Assembly: GCA_937915455.1 (NCBI GenBank) | Contig: CALDNN010000225.1 | Location: 1,317-65,316, forward strand | From: an uncultured Clostridia bacterium | GTDB taxonomy: Bacteria; Bacillota; Clostridia; Christensenellales; CAG-138 | DNA length: 64,000 bases | Direction: 5' to 3' | Shown here: positions 9,501-16,591 of the stretch, in pieces | How positions within the stretch are numbered: the stretch's first letter is position 1 | Layout: every line of letters starts with the position of its first letter | The notes under the pieces: generated by a model | Told to the model about the DNA's origin: nothing | The model's input: the letters and a program-made list of their open reading frames with translations, nothing else | Database searches by the model: none | Translations under genes and position numbers: made by a program

Positions 9501-10352
9501 TTAAAACGCCACGATGATGCCACCGGCGTTAGCGTACATAGTGCTGATGCCGCTGCTCCTGCAGATAAGGCTCTTGGCGAAGGGGCAAATCTCGAGAATA
9601 CGGCGGCAAATTTCTTCCGCCCGCTCGAGGCAGGCGCAATGGGTGATGACCAGTGTCTTTTCCGGGCAGGGCCGGGCGTCGTAGATGGATTTGATGTAAT
9701 CCACCATGGCGGAGAGGGCACGGTTTACGCCGATGCTCTTGGCCCGCACCGCGATGTCGCCGTTGCCGTCGGAAGCCATCACCATTTTGATGCGTAGGGC
9801 GTTTACGGCCAGAGCCTGCAAATGGTTAAGGCGCCCGTTTTTGCGAAGTACATTTAAATCTTCCAACACGAAGATGGTGGCCATCTCCAAAATGAACGCC
9901 TCTACATTTTTGACGAGCTCGGCAAAGGGCATACCGCCTTCCGCCAATTCCTGTATGCGAAGGCAGATATCCACCTGACCGCAGGCGGCGGAAAGAGAGT
10001 TGAACACATGGATGTTCTTTTGCGGATAAATCTTGCGGGCCTCCTCTGCACCCACGCAGGCGCTGGCATAGGAGCCGCTCATCTTATCGGAGAGGGTTAC
10101 GATGTATACATCCTGCGCTTCCCCGGCGCAGGCCTCGGCAAAGAGCATGGGCGAGGGGCAGGCGGAGCGGGGCGCGGATTTGCTCAGGGCAATGGCAGCC
10201 ACGAAGGCGTCGGTATCCAGGTCGCTGTTATCCAAAAAATGATCCCCGTCCAACTCGATAGAAAGGGGAACGCGTGTGACGAAGGAGAGGACATCCTCCC
10301 CATGCTGCACATAATCGCAGCAGCTGTCCGATATGATTTTGTAATGGCTCAT
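9501..10352 (-). CDS. DegV family fatty-acid-binding protein
   Basis: 283 aa. N-terminus YKIISDSCCD and overall DegV architecture. Confidence 0.8.
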   Translation of the reverse strand: MSHYKIISDSCCDYVQHGEDVLSFVTRVPLSIELDGDHFLDNSDLDTDAFVAAIALSKSAPRSACPSPMLFAEACAGEAQDVYIVTLSDKMSGSYASACVGAEEARKIYPQKNIHVFNSLSAACGQVDICLRIQELAEGGMPFAELVKNVEAFILEMATIFVLEDLNVLRKNGRLNHLQALAVNALRIKMVMASDGNGDIAVRAKSIGVNRALSAMVDYIKSIYDARPCPEKTLVITHCACLERAEEICRRILEICPFAKSLICRSSGISTMYANAGGIIVAF

Positions 10353-10358
10353 AAGCGC

Positions 10359-11231
10359 TTACCTCATTGTGCCCAGGAAGAAGAGGGCGATGGTTCCGGG
10401 TCCACTGTGCGAGCCGATGACCGGCCCTACGTAGTTGATGATGATATCCTTGACAGGCATTCGCTCGCGTATCATAGAGGCCAATAGCTCTGCATCCTTT
10501 ATACAATCGCCGTGGCTGATGAAGATGGTTTGGTTCTCGGGCTCAATGGCGGTTTCCTGCATCTTCTGCGCCAGATATTTGAGGGAGTTGCGGCGGCTGC
10601 GAACTTTATCCACAAAGATCAGCCGGCCCTCGTCGTCCATATGCAGCACCGGCTTTATGCCTAGCATTGTGCCCAGTATGGCGGAGGAAGCGGATACCCG
10701 GCCGCCCCGGTGCAGGAATTTCAGGTCGTCCACCGTGAACCAATGGCATTGGTGGAATTTTTGCGCTTCGGCATAATCGCGGGCTTCTTCGATGGTTTTG
10801 CCCGCGCGCTTTTGCTGCACGGTGAGGTGGATGAGCATACCCTGGCCCAACGAGGCGCTGCGGGTATCTACGGCATAGAGCTTGGCCTCCGGGTAGCGGG
10901 GTGCGAGCTCCTCCATGGCCACCGCGCCGGCGCTGTAGGTGCCGGAGAGGGCGGAGGAAAAGCCCAGGTAGAGGATGTCCTTGCCGGCTTGGAGCACGGG
11001 CTCCATGGCCTCAATGAACTGTGTCACGTTGATAGCCGAGGTCGTGGCGACCTGCCCCTGGCGCAGGAGAGCGTAGCAGGTATCAAAGGGGAGCGCTTTA
11101 CCCGCCAAGTCGTTTTCGTAGGTATTACCGCCGACGGTGACGAAAAGGGGAATAACCGTCAACTCCAGATCTTGTGCCATTTGAGCAGGAAGATCGCAAG
11201 ATGAATCGGTAAAGATCACATATTCGCGCAT
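10359..11231 (-). CDS. DegV family fatty-acid-binding protein
   Basis: Start trimmed to MREYVIFTDSSCDLP at 11231, with GGAGG upstream. C-terminal GPVIGSHSGPGTIALFF. Confidence 0.85.
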   Translation of the reverse strand: MREYVIFTDSSCDLPAQMAQDLELTVIPLFVTVGGNTYENDLAGKALPFDTCYALLRQGQVATTSAINVTQFIEAMEPVLQAGKDILYLGFSSALSGTYSAGAVAMEELAPRYPEAKLYAVDTRSASLGQGMLIHLTVQQKRAGKTIEEARDYAEAQKFHQCHWFTVDDLKFLHRGGRVSASSAILGTMLGIKPVLHMDDEGRLIFVDKVRSRRNSLKYLAQKMQETAIEPENQTIFISHGDCIKDAELLASMIRERMPVKDIIINYVGPVIGSHSGPGTIALFFLGTMR

Positions 11232-11438
11232 ACTACCCCTCCTTCCTTTGTGCCCTAGGGTAACCATATTTGCCATATTTAGCATATAAAATCATACCAC
11301 AGACGGGGTCAGTAGTCAATCTCGGCCGCCCCGCCGCGCAGGCATGCAGGCGAGAGGGATTGACAAAACGGACGAACGTTTACCATAATGTAAGAAAAAA
11401 CCGGGGCCGGGGCGCGGCCCCGGGCCGGGAGGTAAAAA

Positions 11439-12059
11439 ATGAAGGTCATGCTAATAAATGGCAGCCCCCATGAAAAGGGCTGCACCTATACCGCCCTGAT
11501 GGAGGTAGCACAAACGCTGGAGGCGCAGGGAGTCGAAACGGAGCTTTTCCAGCTGGGTAACGAGCCGGTGGCCGGCTGTTTGGCCTGTGGCGCTTGCCGC
11601 GAAACAAAGCGCTGCTTTATGAACGACAAGGTCAACGTGCTGTTGGATAAAATGGCCGGCGTGGACGGCCTGATCGTGGGCTCGCCCGTTTATTACGCGG
11701 CTCCGGCGGGCCAGCTCACCGCTTTTTTGGATCGGGCCTTTTATTGCAAGCCCGGACTCTTTGCGGATAAGCCCGCAGCCGCCGTTGTCTCCTGCCGCCG
11801 GGGCGGCGCGACCGCCGCTTTTGATCAGCTGAATAAGTACTTTACCATCAGCAACATGCCGGTGGTCTCCTCCCAATATTGGAACCAGGTTCACGGCAAC
11901 ACCCCGGCGGAAGTCCGAGAGGATCTCGAGGGCCTGCAAACCATGCGCACCCTGGGCGTGAATATGGCGTGGCTACTCAAATGCATCGAGGCGGGCCGCC
12001 GGGCGGGCCTGCCCGCCCCCGTGCGGGAGAAGGGGATTGCTACCAACTTCATCCGCTGA
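11439..12059 (+). CDS. Flavodoxin-family / NADPH-dependent FMN reductase-like protein (iron-sulfur flavoprotein type)
   Basis: MKVMLINGSPHEKGCTY..., a CxxCxxC cluster, and GSPVYY. Confidence 0.8.
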   Translation: MKVMLINGSPHEKGCTYTALMEVAQTLEAQGVETELFQLGNEPVAGCLACGACRETKRCFMNDKVNVLLDKMAGVDGLIVGSPVYYAAPAGQLTAFLDRAFYCKPGLFADKPAAAVVSCRRGGATAAFDQLNKYFTISNMPVVSSQYWNQVHGNTPAEVREDLEGLQTMRTLGVNMAWLLKCIEAGRRAGLPAPVREKGIATNFIR

Positions 12060-12159
12060 GGCGCGGCGCAGTCCTCCGCTTGTCAATGTGGGCTTCCCTA
12101 GGCGTAGGGAGGCCTCTTTTTGCATATGCTGGATAAAAAGGGGAATGCGAGGTAATACC

Positions 12160-12660
12160 ATGCCCATACAGCATATTATGTCCCACTGGTGCGCCCGGCC
12201 GGATGCCAGGGCGCGGATCGCCGGCAGCCCCAAATACCCCGCCCTGCGGGGGTTTGCCGATTTTTACGCCCTGGATGAAGGGGTGGTGCTGATCGCCTCC
12301 CTCTGGGACCTGCCCTATGATCCCGCGCCTTGCGCACCAAATATCTGCGGCCTGCACATCCACGCGGGCAGGGCCTGCACGGGTACGGAAGCCGATCCCT
12401 TCGCAGATGCCCTGGGCCATTTCAACCCAGGCAACTGCCCGCACCCCGCCCACGCCGGGGATCTGCCGCCCCTCTTTGTTGGCCGTGGCGGTTATGCCTG
12501 GCTGGGGGTCTATACGGAGCGCTTCACCCTGGCGGATATCATCGACCGTACCATCATCGTACACGATCGGCGGGATGATTTCACCAGCCAGCCCGCCGGC
12601 GATTCCGGCACGCGCATCGGCTGCGGCCTGATCGAGCGGTTGGGGCGCGGAATGGGTTGA
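12160..12660 (+). CDS. Cu/Zn superoxide dismutase family protein (no signal peptide)
   Basis: Start trimmed to 12160. The ligand pattern is present: GLHIHAG, GHFNP, HPAHAGDLP, IVHDRRDD. Confidence 0.75.
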   Translation: MPIQHIMSHWCARPDARARIAGSPKYPALRGFADFYALDEGVVLIASLWDLPYDPAPCAPNICGLHIHAGRACTGTEADPFADALGHFNPGNCPHPAHAGDLPPLFVGRGGYAWLGVYTERFTLADIIDRTIIVHDRRDDFTSQPAGDSGTRIGCGLIERLGRGMG

Positions 12661-12679
12661 ATTTATAGGGGGCGCGGGC

Positions 12680-12878
12680 CCCGCCGCTCGCGCATGCCCC
12701 ACGCCTGCCTGGCATAGGCTTTACAAAGCATGCCCGGGTGTATGCGTATGTATTCCTATCATATCATAGAGGACCGGGTTCTGGCCGTGGCGGATTATAT
12801 TGCGGATTATATTATTGATCATCAGGCAACCGAGCGGGCGGCCGCGGGGGCCTTCAAGATTAGCAAGAGCACGGTGCA
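12680..12878 (+). repeat. Copy A (diverged) of the spoIIID promoter/5' CDS module
   Basis: Aligns by eye to 15990-16170, with many substitutions and a 12-nt internal tandem duplication (gcggattatatt x2). The left boundary is approximate. Confidence 0.75.
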
Positions 12879-12894
12879 TATGGAAACAAAATAG
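12748..12894 (+). pseudogene. spoIIID 5' fragment A (48 codons, ends 5 codons past the junction)
   Basis: MYSYHIIEDRVLAVADYIADYIIDHQATERAAAGAFKISKSTVHMETK*. Matches SpoIIID through KISKSTVH, then diverges. Confidence 0.8.
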
Positions 12895-13000
12895 AGCGGC
12901 ATGTATGGCGTGTCTAATAGTATTCCCTTTTAAGCAAGCGTTGTTTGACATATACATAATTCCGTGAAATAATGGGCCTATCCTATCTGGGGAGGCCCGT

Positions 13001-13729
13001 ATGCTTTTTCATACAGATAACGAGCCTGATGCAAGCATCCAAGACAACGATAACATTGACAGCTATAATGCATTCATGGAAAACCTGGACGATGGTGGTA
13101 GCGGCGAGGATAGTGAGGGCGGCGGATTCGGGTTTAGCCGTTTCCTGCTGATAGCGGTTATTGTGCTATTCACGGCTACCTTTGTCGGGTATTGCATCTT
13201 TTACATCCATCATGACGCCAGGTATAGAAAGTTGGATGCCCTGGAACCCAGTACCCGAACCTATGCGGAGTTTGCAGAGGTTTTTAACGAGCTTATGGAG
13301 CCCCAGGGCATTGCCATAGATGTGGAGCCAATATGGCGGCCCCCTGCCATTAACCAAGGGCTGACTGCCATCAGTGTGATGACCCTCCCGGATGGAAGCC
13401 AGGCCCCTTGCGGCGTCGAGCTTTGGGGCCTCTCCGCAAAAAAAGATTATATTTTACGGCTTATTATTTTGCTTCCAAAGGAGCAGGCTCAATATGTGGA
13501 GCCTGTTGTGCGGGGGGGCTTTTCGGTTTTTGCACCGGAGTCTAATGAGCGAAACAGTGAGGACTTCGTGGACATCATTGCTGCGAGTAAATCAGCCTTT
13601 GACCAGTATCCTTATGAGAAAAACTGGTATTTGATTTCGGATGCCAATTTCACTATGCTTTCTGAGGAGCCGGATTATATTACACTTGAGTGGAGCATCC
13701 CTTCCATCCAGTTATGGCCGGGATATTAA
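13001..13729 (+). CDS. Hypothetical membrane-anchored protein (cassette 1)
   Basis: 242 aa with a GGGGAGG RBS. Acidic N-terminus, a single TM (FLLIAVIVLFTATFVGYCIFYI), then an ~170-aa domain. I recognise no family. AT-rich codon usage. Confidence 0.6.
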   Translation: MLFHTDNEPDASIQDNDNIDSYNAFMENLDDGGSGEDSEGGGFGFSRFLLIAVIVLFTATFVGYCIFYIHHDARYRKLDALEPSTRTYAEFAEVFNELMEPQGIAIDVEPIWRPPAINQGLTAISVMTLPDGSQAPCGVELWGLSAKKDYILRLIILLPKEQAQYVEPVVRGGFSVFAPESNERNSEDFVDIIAASKSAFDQYPYEKNWYLISDANFTMLSEEPDYITLEWSIPSIQLWPGY

Positions 13730-13733
13730 ATCT

Positions 13734-14210
13734 CTATCTCCTTCCAGTATTTTTGCCTATAATTATTTTGTCGCGCAGCTTATAGCCGCTTATTGGCGGC
13801 GTGTTTTTCGTACGCGAAGAGGTAGGCAGTGGCGTATAAATGTCTACAACAATGTTGCCGGGATAGTAGTCATACTTTGGCTCCGGATGGTCAAGTAGTT
13901 CCGCCAAATTTTCCATAAAGGGAGCTGACATTAAAGTGTCATCCCCATATTTATATTGCAACCAGAAACTGGCCCATGTCGAAAACTGCGTGAAAAATGA
14001 CAGACCGAATTTTCCCGCGTCCCATAGGAGGTCTCCTAGATCCATCCTGCGGGTTCGGATGATGGAATCAATGGGCAATTGCGTGCCTAGCTCCAGCCTG
14101 GAGATAGCCTCTCCGTTAGCATATACCTCAACATAATAGTTTCCTTTTTCCGTATCAAAATAATAATTTGAAAACGTTATGCCCGGTACGGCATCCTTTA
14201 CATTCTCCAT
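13734..14210 (-). CDS. Hypothetical protein (cassette 1)
   Basis: ORF 13734..14372 trimmed to MENVKDAVPG... at 14210, where the AT-rich composition begins. No clear RBS and no recognisable family. Confidence 0.45.
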   Translation of the reverse strand: MENVKDAVPGITFSNYYFDTEKGNYYVEVYANGEAISRLELGTQLPIDSIIRTRRMDLGDLLWDAGKFGLSFFTQFSTWASFWLQYKYGDDTLMSAPFMENLAELLDHPEPKYDYYPGNIVVDIYTPLPTSSRTKNTPPISGYKLRDKIIIGKNTGRR

Positions 14211-14250
14211 GCGCGGGCGAAAGGGTGCGAATTGCTCCAGCTCTTTTGAC

Positions 14251-14500
14251 CCCGGCGCTCGTGGAAGTTGCTTCCTCGCTGTGGCGATTCCGGTCATCCG
14301 TTGCAAACTTTGCATTCCCCTGCCCGCCCCGCACAAATGCCGACCGGCCCCCGCATACTCTTTACAAAGCATGTTCGGGGGTATTTCGCATGTATTCCTA
14401 TATAGAGGATCGGGTATTGGCCGTGGCGGATTATATCATCGACCACCAGGCAACCGTGCGGGCGGCCGCGGGGGCCTTCAAGATCAGCAAGAGCACGGTG
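14251..14500 (+). repeat. Copy B of the spoIIID promoter/5' CDS module
   Basis: 250 nt versus 15920-16168. Six substitutions and one 1-nt indel, all within the first ~90 nt. The last 160 nt (14341-14500) are identical to 16009-16168. Confidence 0.95.
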
Positions 14501-14593
14501 TATATGGTAGTAGTAAATAGAACGGTATTTGTGGTGTATCACATAGTGACATTGATTGCTTCCAGCCTTAAGTCCAGTATGAAAAAATCTTAA
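14390..14593 (+). pseudogene. spoIIID 5' fragment B fused to cassette-derived codons
   Basis: MYSYIEDRVLAVADYIIDHQATVRAAAGAFKISKSTV, then unrelated YMVVVNRTVFVVYHIVTLIASSLKSSMKKS*. Confidence 0.85.
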
Positions 14594-15044
14594 GAGCAAA
14601 TAAATGAAACAACATCCCTAACAAGCCATAATTACACCATCGCAGACCGCCTCGCCATTCATGGTTAATCTGTTCTGCTGCTGGCTTGTCTTTCATTAAA
14701 TTCAGCATTACAGCTTCTTTGTCGATGCTATTCCTAAGTCTCCAACCCCACCCCATAAGCGCGCCCATAAAAAAATGACGAAACGAAACTAGCGGCTTTG
14801 CTGCCTTTTCTATTTCATTTCGCAGATCTGGGTATCGAACTGTTAAACGCTTGAAAAAAGAATGAAAGAACCATTTCTCTCCCCAAATTGTGCCGATTAC
14901 ATTTGCATAGAAGCCTAATATAACACGATGTTCTGTGTGTTTGATCGAAAGAATGAAGTCGAAGAACAGGCAAAGCAAAAGGAACCCAATTATAAATATG
15001 CCATGGCGGTAAGGTGACCAAATAAGGTGTTCCTTTTGCTTCAA
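14568..15044 (-). CDS. Hypothetical multi-TM membrane protein (cassette 2)
   Basis: 158 aa. TTG start with a GGGAGA RBS. Hydrophobic segments GIFIIGFLLLCLFFDFILSI and YGLLGMLFHLFALKIF. No family recognised. Confidence 0.55.
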   Translation of the reverse strand: MKQKEHLIWSPYRHGIFIIGFLLLCLFFDFILSIKHTEHRVILGFYANVIGTIWGEKWFFHSFFKRLTVRYPDLRNEIEKAAKPLVSFRHFFMGALMGWGWRLRNSIDKEAVMLNLMKDKPAAEQINHEWRGGLRWCNYGLLGMLFHLFALKIFSYWT

Positions 15045-15066
15045 TGTTATATCTCCCTTCGTGCTT

Positions 15067-15763
15067 TTACCTGTTAATTAAAAATTTATATATTTCCTTT
15101 GCAATCTCCCCTTCTATTTCGCCTTGGATTAATGATTCAATTGCACCAAGGAAATCCTTTTTATATTTCTCGGCATGCTTCATGTAGTTAGGGCCAAGCT
15201 CAGTTGATTTACCGTTCAACTCCAAGCCCGTAGTATATAAGAGTTCGTCTCCACGGAAGGCATATGTTACACCGTATCCGCGCTTATTGTCTGGTGATGT
15301 ATAGTATATCACGACATCGCCATTTTCGAGAATAGCAGAAGGATTGAATTCAAAATATTCCTTTAGCTGAAACTCCTTTCCTACCGCAGCAAGCTTTGCG
15401 AATAAATCAGTAAGCGGTGTAGCTCCTGCTCCTAAGCTTACTGCTGATTCAAAAAAATTCTGAAAACCATCCTTATCTTCCCCCAAACCAAAGAGCGGCG
15501 TCCTATTTACGGTTTGTACTATAACTTGCCCGTTTTCTAGAGGGGGTAAGTTATCGTTGTATATATCTAGGCCGGATTCAGACGCACTCCATATACGCCG
15601 AGTGTTTGCGTTATAGCGTTCATTATACCGCTCCATACCTGTTTTTTTGTGCGCCCCAAATGCCGTCCTGCCTTACGCCTAGGGCCGCCTGAATTCGTTT
15701 GACGTCTGCTCTGCTGTTAACCCCATTCGGCGTAGTATAACCGCTTACATAATACTTTCCCAT
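15067..15763 (-). pseudogene. Peptidoglycan-binding-domain protein interrupted by a frameshift in an A7 tract (cassette 2)
   Basis: A 46-aa ORF at 15763..15623, with RBS AAGGAG, reads MGKYYVSGYTTPNGVNSRADVKRIQAALGVRQDGIWGAQKNRYGAV*. It carries a PG_binding_1-like motif. The 189-aa ORF 15636..15067 is in the adjacent frame. Removing one A from the run at 15642-15648 (T7 on +) fuses them into ...DGIWGAQKTGMERYNERY... Confidence 0.6.
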
Positions 15764-15780
15764 TTCTTTGCTCCTTTCTT

Positions 15781-15825
15781 TTGTTAAAAATATAAGAACC
15801 GCAGCTGATTTTCTGCGGTTCTTAT
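15781..15825 (-). terminator. Rho-independent terminator-like hairpin (minus-strand orientation)
   Basis: 13-bp perfect stem: ATAAGAACCGCAG (15792-15804) with CTGCGGTTCTTAT (15813-15825). On the minus strand it is followed by ATTTTTAAC. Confidence 0.6.
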
Positions 15826-15919
15826 CACTTTCCTACTATTTAAGAATACAGTAAGCATCCCGGCAATATAAGGGCGTTATCGCGGCATGTTTCGCGCAAG
15901 CCCGGAGGCATAGCAAGCC

Positions 15920-16168
15920 CCCGGCCTCGTGGAAGTTGCTTCCTCGCTGTGGCGCTTCCGGCAATCCGTTGCAAACTTTGCATTCCCCTGCTCGCCCCGC
16001 GCATATGCCGACCGGCCCCCGCATACTCTTTACAAAGCATGTTCGGGGGTATTTCGCATGTATTCCTATATAGAGGATCGGGTATTGGCCGTGGCGGATT
16101 ATATCATCGACCACCAGGCAACCGTGCGGGCGGCCGCGGGGGCCTTCAAGATCAGCAAGAGCACGGTG
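15920..16168 (+). repeat. Copy C of the spoIIID promoter/5' CDS module (part of the intact gene)
   Basis: See copy B. Confidence 0.95.
16001..16029 (+). promoter_or_regulatory. Putative sigma-E type promoter of spoIIID
   Basis: GCATATG (16001-16007), 14 nt, CATACTCT (16022-16029). Compare the sigma-E consensus as I recall it: ZHATAxx-N14-CATACAHT. spoIIID is sigma-E dependent in B. subtilis. Confidence 0.5.
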
Positions 16169-16309
16169 CACAAGGATATGACCGAGCGCTTGACAGGGCT
16201 GGACGCCTACCGGGCGCGGGCCGTGGGGGAGATTCTCAAGCGCAACAAGGAGGAGCGGCATATTCGGGGCGGCATGGCCACCTATCGCAAGTATAAAGGC
16301 CAGGGGTGA
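16058..16309 (+). CDS. spoIIID: Sporulation stage III transcriptional regulator SpoIIID
   Basis: 83 aa: MYSYIEDRVLAVADYIIDHQATVRAAAGAFKISKSTVHKDMTERL...HIRGGMATYRKYKGQG. Collinear with B. subtilis SpoIIID (KSTVHKDLTERL, RHLRGGEAT). Confidence 0.92.
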   Translation: MYSYIEDRVLAVADYIIDHQATVRAAAGAFKISKSTVHKDMTERLTGLDAYRARAVGEILKRNKEERHIRGGMATYRKYKGQG

Positions 16310-16353
16310 AAAGGGCCGAAGATAGGCCGGAAGTGAAAATATATATTTTGTGG

Positions 16354-16382
16354 TTGACATGATAGGGCAGCCATGGTATCAT
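16354..16382 (+). promoter_or_regulatory. Sigma-A type promoter of the metNIQ leader
   Basis: TTGACA (16354-16359), 17-nt spacer, TATCAT (16377-16382). Confidence 0.6.
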
Positions 16383-16444
16383 ACATTGCAATAGGATTTC
16401 GGCGGGCGCTAAGCGCTTATGAACGGAGGAAAGGAGCAAGCATT

Positions 16445-16540
16445 ATGAAGAATTTCGCCATGGCTATGTGCGGCATGATGATGTGCGGCTCCATGTCCTT
16501 CGGGCATGGAGAGCGTGTGCGTCCATGGGTGCTGGCATAG
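16445..16540 (+). CDS. Met/Cys-rich leader peptide (31 aa) upstream of metNIQ
   Basis: RBS GGAGGAAAGGAG upstream. Sequence MKNFAMAMCGMMMCGSMSFGHGERVRPWVLA*. Six internal Met and two Cys codons lie within codons 6-17. Too short for the ORF track. Confidence 0.55.
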   Translation: MKNFAMAMCGMMMCGSMSFGHGERVRPWVLA

Positions 16541-16558
16541 CCATAGTTGGATATAGCC

Positions 16559-16591
16559 GGGCCGTGAGCGTATACGCTCGCGGCCCTTTTT
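16559..16591 (+). terminator. Intrinsic terminator (candidate attenuator) in the metN leader
   Basis: GGGCCGTGAGCG (16559-16570), TATA loop, CGCTCGCGGCCC (16575-16586), then TTTTT. Lies 45 nt upstream of the metN ATG. Confidence 0.7.

Noticed and set aside
15836-16360. 174-aa minus-strand ORF, plus similar ORFs at 14294-14599 and 12721-12957
   Set aside because: All are antisense to the spoIIID module copies. They recur only because the repeat recurs. The + strand reading matches SpoIIID convincingly.
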